Position numbers and translations under genes: made by a program. This document shows positions 26,712 to 36,580 of a stretch of 64,000 nucleotides of DNA, in pieces (within the stretch, counting starts at the first letter, position 1; every line of letters begins with the position of its first letter). Source of the DNA: an uncultured Lentisphaeria bacterium (GTDB lineage Bacteria > Fidelibacterota > UBA8477 > JABMPR01); NCBI GenBank assembly GCA_964469505.1, contig CAYXZO010000003.1, forward strand, positions 820 through 64,819, in the 5' to 3' direction. A model generated the notes under the pieces. That model made no database searches and had not been told where the DNA came from. It saw only the letters and a program-made list of their open reading frames with translations.

Positions 26712-28636
26712 TGGTATTTCGTCCGGCTTAAAATATTCTCTGCCACAAGGCACAACAAGGCTAGAAATAGCAACCAACCTGTAATGATTACTGCTCGACT
26801 TTGCTTTAACAAGAAATCAGCAGCTTCACTGGCGGTTGTCGCCATCTGAACAAATGTTGGGAGCTCATTTTGCCATTTGACAGGTACTGATTTTAGCTCG
26901 CTAACGGGCAAATTGACCGCGACCGCACTCACGAGCCTGGTTCCATTGAATAAACGGTAAACACCGGGGGTCTCAGTCTGGTCGAAACGCCAACGACCCG
27001 CTTTATCCGGGCGCATTAAAAAAGTCCCTCCCCCAGGTAACTGTAATCGAAGCGAAGCAGTACTGAGCGGATCTTTTATGGGAAATGTAAGCGTATCACC
27101 CACTTCGAAGCGATAATCTTCCAAGCTGGCCGCAGGAATCCCATGCCTTGCCAAGGCGAAGAAAAACGGTGGGAAAAGCCCCATCATCCAGAGACTACCC
27201 GGCTGAAAAGAGGTCCCCATATTCAGCCACACCCATTGGCCTCGTCCCAGTTGTCCCATACTCACCATGGGAATTCCATCCTCATAAGCCATGAGCACTT
27301 GCCCCTGGAAGCGGGCTTCACTCGAAACATAGCGCTCACGAATAGTTAGTCTACCATCAGTCACCGCTTCCGCCATGCGCTCCAACCAGGGGCGGAGGCT
27401 GTTTTTTACAGGAAGGGTATGAAAACCGAACCCCCAGGGGTTCCGATCCGGCTGGTGGGCACTAAAACCTAAAACTGACTGCATACTCTGGGGAACTGCA
27501 CCAACCAACACACACTGTCCCCCTTGCTCCATATAACGCTGCATCGCTTCCAAGGGGAAATTTTCGGGAGCAGGTACAAGCCAGACTGTGCCTGGTAGAG
27601 GGAAAGAAGGCAAGGACGAGGAAGGTTTCACAGAGATGTTCACCGGCACATCCACCGCTGAAAAACTGGTTGCTAAACTCTCCCAGGGTAATAAGGCCTC
27701 TCCTGTCAGAACTTCACATTGCAGCGTCCGATTTACCGGCACTACAAAATACCAGTTGTTGTTCCAATTGCCCCAATCCTCTTTTAGTTGAACCTTGCCG
27801 ATGAATAGCTCACTTCCTCCGACCTTGGTTTCAAGCTTAATCTGGGTCGTAGGACGATGCTGAAACACCAGGGCCTTATGGGCCATTCTTCGGCTATTCA
27901 CATATAAGTCCAGATTGGTTAACCCGACTCCAGTATCGTTCCATGTTACTTCAACCTGGAGAGCCAACTTATCTTGGGGCAGAAATAGCTTCTCCTCCAG
28001 GTCGACTTTTTCCAGACCAGCATCGGCCTGGGGCAATGTTCTCAGGAAGACCGTTTGGGTAAAATTTTTGAACTTTCGCAAAAACTGCGGTTCCTGGCCG
28101 TCACTAACAAATACAACCTGACTTCCGTCGTAACGTTTGAAATCCCAATGACGTTGGGAGAAAGAATAGGGACTGGTTACCCCCGCATTTCGCCAGGTGG
28201 CCTTTATGGCAAGGGGATCAGTCGAAATTATCGTATCTGCCAATCCGATGAAATAGAGCTGCCTATCCGACAAAGAACGGCTAAGTCCCTGGAGCAGGGT
28301 AACCATTTGCCCCCTCTCGAAGAACGGTCTCATAGAAGCGGTGTTATCCACGAAAACGAGGGTAAGAATGCGGTTTCCTCCGAAAGTGCCGGTACCCAAG
28401 CGCGGTCGGCTGAAAGCCAGAATGAGTAGCAGAATCAGCAACGTTCTTAAGATTAAAAGGATCAACTGACGTAAGCGCAACTGGCGTAACGCCTGGGGTT
28501 GAATCTGCTTTAAAAACATCAGTGAAGAGAATGGAACTTTACGGGTACGCCACCGGGACAGCAGATGTAGCAGGAAAGGGATCCCCGCTAGGGGCAAAAA
28601 CCACAAAACCCAGGGATTAAGAAATGTGATGGGCAT
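26708..28636 (-). CDS. BatA-like membrane protein (N-terminal double-TM domain plus vWA-like region, C-terminal TM)
   Basis: N-terminus PWVLWFLPLAGIPFLLHLL...RKVPFSSL, a vWA-like stretch LTLVFVDNTASM, and a C-terminal TM. 642 aa. Confidence 0.45.
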   Translation of the reverse strand: MPITFLNPWVLWFLPLAGIPFLLHLLSRWRTRKVPFSSLMFLKQIQPQALRQLRLRQLILLILRTLLILLLILAFSRPRLGTGTFGGNRILTLVFVDNTASMRPFFERGQMVTLLQGLSRSLSDRQLYFIGLADTIISTDPLAIKATWRNAGVTSPYSFSQRHWDFKRYDGSQVVFVSDGQEPQFLRKFKNFTQTVFLRTLPQADAGLEKVDLEEKLFLPQDKLALQVEVTWNDTGVGLTNLDLYVNSRRMAHKALVFQHRPTTQIKLETKVGGSELFIGKVQLKEDWGNWNNNWYFVVPVNRTLQCEVLTGEALLPWESLATSFSAVDVPVNISVKPSSSLPSFPLPGTVWLVPAPENFPLEAMQRYMEQGGQCVLVGAVPQSMQSVLGFSAHQPDRNPWGFGFHTLPVKNSLRPWLERMAEAVTDGRLTIRERYVSSEARFQGQVLMAYEDGIPMVSMGQLGRGQWVWLNMGTSFQPGSLWMMGLFPPFFFALARHGIPAASLEDYRFEVGDTLTFPIKDPLSTASLRLQLPGGGTFLMRPDKAGRWRFDQTETPGVYRLFNGTRLVSAVAVNLPVSELKSVPVKWQNELPTFVQMATTASEAADFLLKQSRAVIITGWLLFLALLCLVAENILSRTKYQ

Positions 28637-28640
28637 TAAT

Positions 28641-29222
28641 TTATGCTAGCTGGGCCAAACTGAGCAGCCCACCCACAACCAAGGGTATCATAACATTATC
28701 ATTTATGGGCCACCGCTTAGCCTCAACAATGGTACCTGCCCCGGCCGCCAAAGCCGCCATCCACCATTGAATGTCAGGAAAACATATTAAGATCAGGAAT
28801 GCAGTAACGAAGAAGGCTAAACTGCCTTCCAGTGTTTTGTCCAAAAAGGCGCGCTTCCCCCAGGGGATGCCCACCAAGGCGGCTGCCGAATCAGCTATTG
28901 AAAGCACTAGAAGCGAAGCTACTGCTATCATTTTAGGAAACAAGAAGGTCGTCAATAAAGCTCCTAGGAATACATACGTGGCACCCGTGACATTCTCCGT
29001 CTCAATATTTCGGATTGCCCCCCCGAAGAATCGGAGGAACCATTGCTGCACCTGAGGATACCGGAGACGGAGATATTCCACAGTGGTAAACCCAGTGGTG
29101 ATCAATACCAGCCCAAAAACCATCAATCCGCGCCTCAAGAACAAGAGATATATCAAAGGAATAGCTGACGAGGCCAGATGGATTCCCTTGCGGATTAGCT
29201 CGTTGCTACCAAGCTTACCCAT
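28641..29222 (-). CDS. Integral membrane protein, polyprenol/diacylglycerol-kinase-like (DUF92-type); function uncertain
   Basis: 193 aa with about 5 TM helices and a KGIH motif. Confidence 0.3.
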   Translation of the reverse strand: MGKLGSNELIRKGIHLASSAIPLIYLLFLRRGLMVFGLVLITTGFTTVEYLRLRYPQVQQWFLRFFGGAIRNIETENVTGATYVFLGALLTTFLFPKMIAVASLLVLSIADSAAALVGIPWGKRAFLDKTLEGSLAFFVTAFLILICFPDIQWWMAALAAGAGTIVEAKRWPINDNVMIPLVVGGLLSLAQLA

Positions 29223-29223
29223 A

Positions 29224-29886
29224 TCAGTTCCTGTGAAGAAGAGCCTTTAATCGGGCAAACTGAGCGCCAGGTGGAAGTTTTTTGCCGAAAACTCCAGTTC
29301 CGGCCACGAAATAATCCACTCCGGCCTTTAGAGCTTGCGGAATTGTGTTTTCATCCAGGCCGCCATCCATTTCAATAACGAAGCCATAGCGATCGGCGAA
29401 AGGGCGTAGATAATGACACTTCTCGAGCGTATCGGGAAGAAAGGCTTGCCCTCCAAACCCAGGGTGCACCGACATAACCAAAACCTGATCCACCCATGTT
29501 AAAAACGGTTCGATTGAGCTGACGGGTGTTTCGGGATTTAGCACTACTCCCACCCGGACACCTTGATTTTTAAGTCGGAGCAATAGGTCTGCAGTACTGG
29601 AAAGCTCCGCATGGCATAGAATTGTCTCCACTCCGATTTGCCAGAAACGTTCTGCGAGGGTTTCTGGTTTTTCGACCATCAAATGAGCTTCAAGCCTGGC
29701 CTTGGTCATACTGCGAATGGCCTTCGCTACCATGGGACCGAATGTAAGATTTGGGACAAAATGTCCGTCCATGATATCCAAATGTAGAATCTCTACTCCA
29801 GCTTGCTCTAGCTCCGCCACTGATTTTCGTAGGCAGGTAAAATCAGCCGAAAGCAGTGAAGGACAAATCTGTGGTACAGGCCTCAT
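29224..29886 (-). CDS. rpe: Ribulose-phosphate 3-epimerase
   Basis: Conserved motifs HLDIMDGHFVPN and VMSVHPGFGGQAF. 220 aa. Confidence 0.9.
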   Translation of the reverse strand: MRPVPQICPSLLSADFTCLRKSVAELEQAGVEILHLDIMDGHFVPNLTFGPMVAKAIRSMTKARLEAHLMVEKPETLAERFWQIGVETILCHAELSSTADLLLRLKNQGVRVGVVLNPETPVSSIEPFLTWVDQVLVMSVHPGFGGQAFLPDTLEKCHYLRPFADRYGFVIEMDGGLDENTIPQALKAGVDYFVAGTGVFGKKLPPGAQFARLKALLHRN

Positions 29887-30611
29887 TCCACTGATATCAC
29901 CAGATTTACTTTCACTTCTTCTTCAAAAGGAAAATGCTGATACGGAGCTGGATCTTGGCGTATTACCGTTTGAGGCAAAAAGGTTGAGTCATGGACTTCC
30001 GTCACCTCTCCCAGTGAGAATCCAGCTTCTCGTAAACTATCCCGGGCGGCTGGAAGACTAAGATTCAGTAGATTCGGGACGCTTTTCAGGCGATTGCGTT
30101 TCCCTAAGCTAACAATCAACCGCAGAGTGTCCCCGGGTTGCACCGGTTCACCAGCGGCAATGGATTGATCCATAACTACCCCCCGGAAAAATAAATCGGA
30201 GCTATCCCGATCGATACCGGTTAGTTCCAAGCCCAACTTTTCAATCTCAATCCGAGCGCGCCGTTCGGTCAAACCTACCAGCACAGGCATTTCCACCTTA
30301 CTGGGGGGCAAAGAAATAGTTAGTTGTATTCGTCGCTTCTCCTTCACTATGGAACCCGGATCAGGAAATTGCTCCATAATGGTCATAGCGGGTAGATCGG
30401 CACGGTAGACCGTGTCTCTCACCACCCACCTCAAATGGCGCTGACTGAGTAACCGCTCAGCTTGAGTCAACTCCAATTGAAAAAGATTGGGTACGCTTAC
30501 CTCACGATTCCAATGCACATAAAGGGGCATAACAACGTAATTCAGGAGCAGCAATGCGGCTGCGCCAATTATGAAAAATGATATCAAATAATCCCGCAGA
30601 GCTCTCAACAT
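29883..30611 (-). CDS. Membrane-anchored PASTA-domain protein (three PASTA repeats, no kinase or transpeptidase domain)
   Basis: N-terminal TM (ISFFIIGAAALLLLNYVV), then three ~65-aa PASTA-like repeats (VPNLFQLELTQAERLL..., VEMPVLVGLTERRARIEIEKLGL..., VPNLLNLSLPAARDSLREAGF...). Confidence 0.6.
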   Translation of the reverse strand: MLRALRDYLISFFIIGAAALLLLNYVVMPLYVHWNREVSVPNLFQLELTQAERLLSQRHLRWVVRDTVYRADLPAMTIMEQFPDPGSIVKEKRRIQLTISLPPSKVEMPVLVGLTERRARIEIEKLGLELTGIDRDSSDLFFRGVVMDQSIAAGEPVQPGDTLRLIVSLGKRNRLKSVPNLLNLSLPAARDSLREAGFSLGEVTEVHDSTFLPQTVIRQDPAPYQHFPFEEEVKVNLVISVE

Positions 30612-31942
30612 CAGCTTTCTTTGCGCAATTTCGCTACGAACACTCCATCCATTGCATCTCGCCAGGGATGTGTCTCCACCATCCCACGTTCGGCAAAATA
30701 GGGCTTCAATGTTTCATTTTCAATCGGAGCCAGGCGGGCGGAAGGAGTATCCTTTAAAAATTCCAGAACCGTGCCCTGGTTCTCTTCCCACTCCAGAGTG
30801 CAAGTGCTGTAAATCAGGATTCCACCAGGGCGTAACATCTTCCAGGCAGAGTGTAACAATTTCAACTGCGTATGCTGGAAAGTCTCGGGATCTGTGGGAC
30901 GGCGGCGCCAGCGAGCATCTACCCGACGGGCAAATACTCCGGTCCCCGAACACGGCACATCCAGTAGAATCTTATCAGCCGGGGGCAGGTGCAGTTTAGT
31001 AACATCTGCGGTGATTAGCTGAACATGCGAAATTCGAAGTCGGGAGAGGTTTTTTTTAATCCGTAGCGTTCGATTAAAGTCGCTCTCCACCGCTACCAGT
31101 ATGCCCTGCCCCTTTAGGGCTTGTGCTAATTGAATAGTCTTGCCCCCGGGGGCAGCGCAAAAATCATAAACTACTTCTCCCGCTTCAGGAGCCAGAACGC
31201 TCACCGCAATTCCGGCCGCTACATCCTGGACCATAAAGCAGCCCTGGCGGTACAAGTCAGATTCCAGTAATTCACCCAAGGGTTTCACCAGATAGTACTT
31301 GTTAAAAAGGACGTGCTTTTCCCAGGAAAATCCTTCTTCACTTAACCTATTTTCCCAGTCTTCCCGTTTGCAATTAAGGGGATTGAACCGAACCCAGGTA
31401 CTGGGGGGATGGTTATTGTACTCACACAAGCCTCGGGTAGCTGCCAATCCCCAACGTTCAGTCCAACGCCGAACCATCCACGTCGGGTGAGAGGCCAGAA
31501 CCGCCAATTTCTCTATTGGATCAACTATCCTATCGTCTGCGAGTTGGTCCAGATTGAGCTCACTAAACCGGCGCAAAATGGCGTTTACCAACCCGGCAGC
31601 TTTCGCATTATGGCGGTGCTTCACCAGCTCTGCGTACTGTTGGACTACGGCATAGGGCTTCTCCCCTCGCTGATCGAGTTCATACGCCCCTACACGAAGA
31701 GCGTTTTTCAAAAAAGGCTGGAGTCGGGAATAGGCCCCTTTGAATAAATACTTAAGACCATAGTCCAACCGACGACGCCACCGCACAGTGCCTGAAGTCA
31801 GGTCCTGCACTCTGGCATGGAATCGTAGATCCCCGGGGTGTTTATCAAAAAAGGTGTGTAAATGTCCTTTGAGCCGTCCTGATGGGCTCTGCTCCCAGTC
31901 GGTAACTATCCTGACAGCAGCTAAACGAGCGGGATCAAGCAA
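30611..31942 (-). CDS. rsmB: 16S rRNA (cytosine967-C5)-methyltransferase RsmB/Sun
   Basis: NusB-like N-domain plus a SAM methyltransferase domain (DFCAAPGGKT, DVPCSGTG, ILIYSTCT). 443 aa. Confidence 0.85.
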   Translation of the reverse strand: MLDPARLAAVRIVTDWEQSPSGRLKGHLHTFFDKHPGDLRFHARVQDLTSGTVRWRRRLDYGLKYLFKGAYSRLQPFLKNALRVGAYELDQRGEKPYAVVQQYAELVKHRHNAKAAGLVNAILRRFSELNLDQLADDRIVDPIEKLAVLASHPTWMVRRWTERWGLAATRGLCEYNNHPPSTWVRFNPLNCKREDWENRLSEEGFSWEKHVLFNKYYLVKPLGELLESDLYRQGCFMVQDVAAGIAVSVLAPEAGEVVYDFCAAPGGKTIQLAQALKGQGILVAVESDFNRTLRIKKNLSRLRISHVQLITADVTKLHLPPADKILLDVPCSGTGVFARRVDARWRRRPTDPETFQHTQLKLLHSAWKMLRPGGILIYSTCTLEWEENQGTVLEFLKDTPSARLAPIENETLKPYFAERGMVETHPWRDAMDGVFVAKLRKES

Positions 31943-32861
31943 ATCGATGACCGACCTTAAGCGAATAGCCCTGGAGGAAGGCGCGGGTTTCCATGCTGCG
32001 CTTGCCCTCGGGTTGCAGGCGAAATACCACTAATTCCCCGGAGCTACAGGCAATATGAAAAGAATCCGGCTTAACTGCAGTCACAACCCCAGGATTTCCC
32101 CCACCCTCAGCAATTGCCGTTTTAAGGATTTTGTATCGTACTCCATTGAGATAGCAAAAAGCCCCGGGCCTGGGTGCAAAGGCTCGCACCCGGTTGTGAC
32201 ATTGCCTAGCCGTCTCCTGAAAATTCAAGTGCTGTTCCTCAGGGCCCACTTTAGGAGCACGCGTGGCGCGAATAGAGTCCTGAGGCACAGGTTTGACTGT
32301 CCCCTGTTCCAAACCGTCTACCGTCTTTAATACCAGCTGCGCTCCGCGTCGGGCCAGCTTATTGTGCAAGGAACCGAAATCATCGTCGGGCTCGATCTTT
32401 ACTTCCTCCTGCAACAGGATGTCACCGGTGTCCACTTTCTTTTTTAGAAAGAATGTGGTGACTCCCGTACGGGTATCACCATTTAAAAGTGCCCAATGGA
32501 TGGGGGCCGGACCTCTATAGGCAGGTAGCAAAGATGGATGAAGATTTATACTACCAATTGAGGGCATAGTAAACACTACAGCGGGTAGAATTCTAAAAGC
32601 CACTACAATAAAGAGCTCGGCATCGAGCTCCTCTAGCGCATTTAAAAAATCACTATCTTTCAAAGATTCCGGTTGCCAGATAGGAAGTTCATGCTCTTGA
32701 GCGAAAACTTTAACGGGGCTGGGAAGCAGTTTTCGCCCTCTACCCTGGGGACGATCGGGAATAGTCACAACTCCCAATACTTGATGCCGGCTATGGTATA
32801 GTTCTTCCAGGGTAGGAATGGAAAAATCAGCCGAGCCAAAGAAAACGAGACGCATACCCAA
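31935..32861 (-). CDS. fmt: Methionyl-tRNA formyltransferase
   Basis: MRLVFFG...; formyl-transferase N-domain and C-domain. 308 aa. Confidence 0.9.
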   Translation of the reverse strand: MGMRLVFFGSADFSIPTLEELYHSRHQVLGVVTIPDRPQGRGRKLLPSPVKVFAQEHELPIWQPESLKDSDFLNALEELDAELFIVVAFRILPAVVFTMPSIGSINLHPSLLPAYRGPAPIHWALLNGDTRTGVTTFFLKKKVDTGDILLQEEVKIEPDDDFGSLHNKLARRGAQLVLKTVDGLEQGTVKPVPQDSIRATRAPKVGPEEQHLNFQETARQCHNRVRAFAPRPGAFCYLNGVRYKILKTAIAEGGGNPGVVTAVKPDSFHIACSSGELVVFRLQPEGKRSMETRAFLQGYSLKVGHRFA

Positions 32862-32905
32862 ACTATCAGCCCGGTTCGAAAGATGAGTCTAGAACTTCCA
32901 CCCGC

Positions 32906-33451
32906 TCACAGCCGATACTGCTCGGAGTATTCCACCTGGATCTCACCACTGGCAATACGTTTGAGAGTCTTTTTCAACAAAGAACGTTTAAGCGTACCCA
33001 GGCGATCGATAAACAGCACGCCCTGGAGGTGATCATATTCGTGTTGAATAACTCGGGCTGGGAAACCTTCGATTTCCTCTTCCCGCTTTTCTCCCTCTAT
33101 GGTTTCGTACCGCAATTTTATTGAGGTCGGACGGATAACATCTTCATGGATAGTGGGTAAACTGAGGCATCCCTCTTCGTAGCTGTCAGTCTCCGAACCG
33201 TACGAAATTATGAGTGGATTGATGAATACCTTGGGCTGGGGTTCTGTGTCTTCCTCCATCGGTGCTAGATCTATTATAAACAGCCTGATAGAATGGCCCA
33301 CCTGCGGCGCGGCTAAACCGATCCCTTCAGCAGCGTACATCGTTTCAAACATGTCCTCAATCAGCTTGCGAATTTCAGGGGTGACTTCGGTGATGGGGTC
33401 GGCTTGCCGCCGCAAAACCGGATCACCGTACGTTCTTATGGATAGAATCAT
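32906..33451 (-). CDS. def: Peptide deformylase
   Basis: GLAAPQVG, EGCLS and HEYDHL motifs. 181 aa. Confidence 0.9.
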   Translation of the reverse strand: MILSIRTYGDPVLRRQADPITEVTPEIRKLIEDMFETMYAAEGIGLAAPQVGHSIRLFIIDLAPMEEDTEPQPKVFINPLIISYGSETDSYEEGCLSLPTIHEDVIRPTSIKLRYETIEGEKREEEIEGFPARVIQHEYDHLQGVLFIDRLGTLKRSLLKKTLKRIASGEIQVEYSEQYRL

Positions 33452-33756
33452 CCCTGCTTGACACTAATAACCGCCGAACGACTGACATGGAGTTTGGTAT
33501 CTCCACCGGTTTTAATCAAAAGCACATCATTGTCCTTGATACCTTCGATGGTACCATGGATACCCCCACTGGTGATAATTTTATCACCTTTTCTCAGACC
33601 CTGACGCATTCTCTCCAGCTCTTTCTGCCGTTTCGATTGGGGTCTGATAAGCAAAAAGTAAAACACCAGGAAAAGAAGAATAATGGGTAGAAAACTGAAG
33701 AAAGGGTTCCCTACCTGTTGGGGTTGTCCAGCTAGGAGAATCGTACCTATGGTCAT
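33448..33756 (-). CDS. yajC: Preprotein translocase subunit YajC
   Basis: 102 aa, single TM plus a conserved YajC core (GDKIITSGGIHGTIEGI). Confidence 0.8.
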   Translation of the reverse strand: MTIGTILLAGQPQQVGNPFFSFLPIILLFLVFYFLLIRPQSKRQKELERMRQGLRKGDKIITSGGIHGTIEGIKDNDVLLIKTGGDTKLHVSRSAVISVKQG

Positions 33757-33788
33757 AGTTCAATTCCTTTCATTTTCATGGATTTAAT

Positions 33789-34715
33789 CTAACGGCGCAG
33801 GGACTTCTTTCCAAAGCCGTTGGCAGTTTCCAGTGAATTAGAGGAAGGAGTTATTTGCAGTAAAATTATTCCTGCAATCGTTATAATCCCCCCTAAGGCG
33901 AAACCCGGTGTAATGGCATAGCCCTGAATCACTTTAGATAAAAAGGCGGTGGTAGGAGCCTGGCCGGTGAGAAAGATAGCCACCTGGGAGGGTGAGATGA
34001 TCTTGAGCACCGCGTAATAGATTAGGTATGATAGGGCTGAGGTAAAAACTCCCATATAAACCACACCCACCCAGGCACTGGTTGGTACTGTACTCCAGCC
34101 AATTGACGTAGCCTGAAACCAAGCCGGCAACAGCAAAAAGCACCACGCCAAGGCGGTAACCGTGAATGTGGCTGTCAAAGGGGTGTAGCGGCGTAGGTAG
34201 GGTTTTGAAAAAGCCGTATAGGCTGACCAGGACCAAACACCCAACATTATCAGCGTATCGCCCTTTACAAACGAAAAGGTGGACTGCCAGATAGCACCGC
34301 CGAAAATCAAGACCACCCCACCGATTGCCAAGGCGATACCCAATACCTTCCGGGGTGTAATTCTTTCTATTTTCAGCATTCGAGCAATTAAAAGCACCCA
34401 TAACGGTGTCATAGCATAAAGCAACCCGGCATGCGCTGGCAGAGTATGTTTCAAACCGGCAAGGAAAAGCTGGATGTTGAGTACTATTCCCAATAAAGCC
34501 AAACCGGAAAAAACTGGTAGTTCTTTGCGACCAACGAAAAGCGGCAATCCCTTTACTTTCAGGATTGGAGCCAGGATGATGAGAGCTATCGTCAAACGCG
34601 CTTCAACGATGAAAGTAGTAGGCAAAGCATCAGTGGCATATTTACCCAGCACATGGGTAAACCCCGCCATCAGGGTGAAGGCCGCCATTAGGAGCCACCC
34701 TACCGTTCGGCTCAT
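33789..34715 (-). CDS. EamA/DMT family transporter
   Basis: 308 aa, 10 TM, duplicated EamA halves. Confidence 0.7.
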   Translation of the reverse strand: MSRTVGWLLMAAFTLMAGFTHVLGKYATDALPTTFIVEARLTIALIILAPILKVKGLPLFVGRKELPVFSGLALLGIVLNIQLFLAGLKHTLPAHAGLLYAMTPLWVLLIARMLKIERITPRKVLGIALAIGGVVLIFGGAIWQSTFSFVKGDTLIMLGVWSWSAYTAFSKPYLRRYTPLTATFTVTALAWCFLLLPAWFQATSIGWSTVPTSAWVGVVYMGVFTSALSYLIYYAVLKIISPSQVAIFLTGQAPTTAFLSKVIQGYAITPGFALGGIITIAGIILLQITPSSNSLETANGFGKKSLRR

Positions 34716-34734
34716 TTTGTTGTGGATGTATCGT

Positions 34735-35193
34735 TTACAAAAATTGAAGGCAATTCCGCCACCAATCGGAGAAGGAACGGGATCTTTTCACTATGTACTC
34801 AATGGCACAATCTGCCGGCCCGACAGCCACCGTCTCCTCGTCCCGTTTGTACCGAACCCGGGCTATCACTTTCAGGGTTTCAAAAGGTACCGTGCAGCGC
34901 GATGCAACCGTGGCCGCCGCCCCGAAGGCATATCCAAGGTCATCGTTAAGCCGGGCCCGGCTGCTGCGAATTACAATCACTAAAGTGCGCCCCCACAATG
35001 GGGTGTTCTCAATTTCTATGCTCGACAAGGGGGGAGCCTGGCGGGAACGTTCAAAATAGCGTTCCAACACTACTTTGACCTGGGAAGGATTAATTTGGGC
35101 AGGGGCAATAAGCGGAATAAAAATGGAATACAAAAACAATATTTTTAACCATTTAACCGAAAGTGGATAGAAGTTGATATAATTGCCTGACAT
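34735..35193 (-). CDS. Hypothetical small secreted protein
   Basis: 152-aa ORF with an N-terminal signal-like hydrophobic segment. No recognisable motif, so it may be spurious. Confidence 0.3.
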   Translation of the reverse strand: MSGNYINFYPLSVKWLKILFLYSIFIPLIAPAQINPSQVKVVLERYFERSRQAPPLSSIEIENTPLWGRTLVIVIRSSRARLNDDLGYAFGAAATVASRCTVPFETLKVIARVRYKRDEETVAVGPADCAIEYIVKRSRSFSDWWRNCLQFL

Positions 35194-35228
35194 TTCGCTG
35201 AATCATAGAAAGGAAACAGTTTTTTCCA

Positions 35229-35247
35229 AAGGTAAGTTTGTTACCTT
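35229..35247 (+). promoter_or_regulatory. Perfect 7-bp inverted repeat (AAGGTAA-N5-TTACCTT) in the peroxiredoxin promoter; candidate operator
   Basis: Located about 55-70 nt upstream of the prx ATG (35300), which is preceded by an AGGAGG ribosome-binding site. Confidence 0.3.
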
Positions 35248-35299
35248 GTAGCGTGAAAAAGAGAATGTGTTTCAATAACAAAAGGAGGTCTTCAAGATC

Positions 35300-35947
35300 A
35301 TGTTAGTAACTAAACCAGCACCTGACTTTAAAGCTATGGCAGTAATGCCGGATAATTCCTTTGAGGAGGTTCAGCTCTCCAACTACCGGGGACAAAAGGT
35401 GGTTCTATTTTTCTACCCCATGGATTTCACCTTTGTATGCCCTACTGAGATTTTGGCTTTCGACCATCGGCTGGAAGAGTTTAAAAAACGTAACGTGCAA
35501 GTGTTAGGGTGCTCCACTGACTCTCATTACAGCCATTTAGCCTGGAAAAACACCCCAGTAGATAAAGGTGGTATTGGTAACATTCAATATCCCCTGGTCA
35601 CCGACATCGATAAAACCATCGCTCGTGCTTATAATGTGTTGGTGGAAGCTAAGCCAGCTACTGTCTATGTAGATGAAGAAGGTGAAATGCTGACGTCAGT
35701 GGACGGAACCGTAGCCTTACGGGCTTCTTTCCTGATCGACGAGGAAGGCATTATCCGCCACGCGGTTATCAATGACCTTTCCTTGGGACGTAACATTGAC
35801 GAAATGCTGCGAATGGTGGATGCCCTCAGCTTTTATCAGCAGCATGGAGAAGTTTGTCCCGCCGGTTGGCAGGAAGGTCAAGAAGCTATGGAAGCCAGCC
35901 CTGAGGGCGTGGCCAAATACCTAGCCAAACACGCCCAGGAACTGTAA
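35300..35947 (+). CDS. Typical 2-Cys peroxiredoxin (AhpC/Tsa family)
   Basis: Peroxidatic Cys motif FTFVCPTEI and resolving Cys near the C-terminus (GEVCPAGW). 215 aa. Confidence 0.9.
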   Translation: MLVTKPAPDFKAMAVMPDNSFEEVQLSNYRGQKVVLFFYPMDFTFVCPTEILAFDHRLEEFKKRNVQVLGCSTDSHYSHLAWKNTPVDKGGIGNIQYPLVTDIDKTIARAYNVLVEAKPATVYVDEEGEMLTSVDGTVALRASFLIDEEGIIRHAVINDLSLGRNIDEMLRMVDALSFYQQHGEVCPAGWQEGQEAMEASPEGVAKYLAKHAQEL

Positions 35948-35969
35948 CACAAATAATACGCTCCTAATA

Positions 35970-36003
35970 AAAAGGTCCGCTGTTGAAGCGGACCTTTTTT
36001 ATT
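35970..36003. terminator. Bidirectional rho-independent terminator between prx and frr
   Basis: AAAAGGTCCGC-TGTTGAA-GCGGACCTTTTTTATTT hairpin. Confidence 0.7.
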
Positions 36004-36022
36004 TACAGATCTTAAGGCAGCC

Positions 36023-36580
36023 CTAGATGGTGAGGATTTCCTCCTCCTTGGTTTTGACCATCTCGTCGATTTTCTTGATGTACTTGTCCGTCAGATCCTG
36101 GATGTTGTCCAGCCCCCGTCGAGAATTATCCTCAGAGATTTCGTGTTCTTTTTCCAAACGCTTTATATGGTCATTGGCATCGCGGCGTACATTGCGGATG
36201 GCTACTCGCGCATCTTCGGCTAGTTTATGTACGTACTTCACCAGTTCCCGCCGACGTTCCTCGGTTAGTTCAGGGATGGGGACCCTCAGAATATGACCAT
36301 CAGTGGCGGGGTTCAATCCCAAATCACTACTTTGGATGGCTTTTTCGATGGCTTTTACCGCATTTTTATCCCAAGGTTGAACTATCAATAGTCGAGGTTC
36401 CGGTGCGGTGATAGAGGCAATCTGATTCAAGGGCGTGCTGGTCCCATAATAATCCACTTTCACTCCCTCCAGCAGAGCCGGTGAGGCCCTACCGGTTCGC
36501 AAGGTGGCAAACTCTTGTCTTAGGTGTTCAAGCGATTTTTGCATGCGGTCTTCCGCGTCTTTATAAATCTCGTTAAGCAT
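36023..36580 (-). CDS. frr: Ribosome recycling factor
   Basis: Conserved RRF sequence. The longest ORF (to 36649) overlaps pyrH, so the true start is probably MLNEIYKD at ~36580, just after the pyrH stop. Confidence 0.85.
   Translation of the reverse strand: MLNEIYKDAEDRMQKSLEHLRQEFATLRTGRASPALLEGVKVDYYGTSTPLNQIASITAPEPRLLIVQPWDKNAVKAIEKAIQSSDLGLNPATDGHILRVPIPELTEERRRELVKYVHKLAEDARVAIRNVRRDANDHIKRLEKEHEISEDNSRRGLDNIQDLTDKYIKKIDEMVKTKEEEILTI

Noticed and set aside
34474-35059. Plus-strand ORFs (34474..34983, 34722..34949, 34793..35059)
   Set aside because: Antisense to the EamA transporter and the small secreted ORF, with low-complexity Arg/Pro-rich translation.
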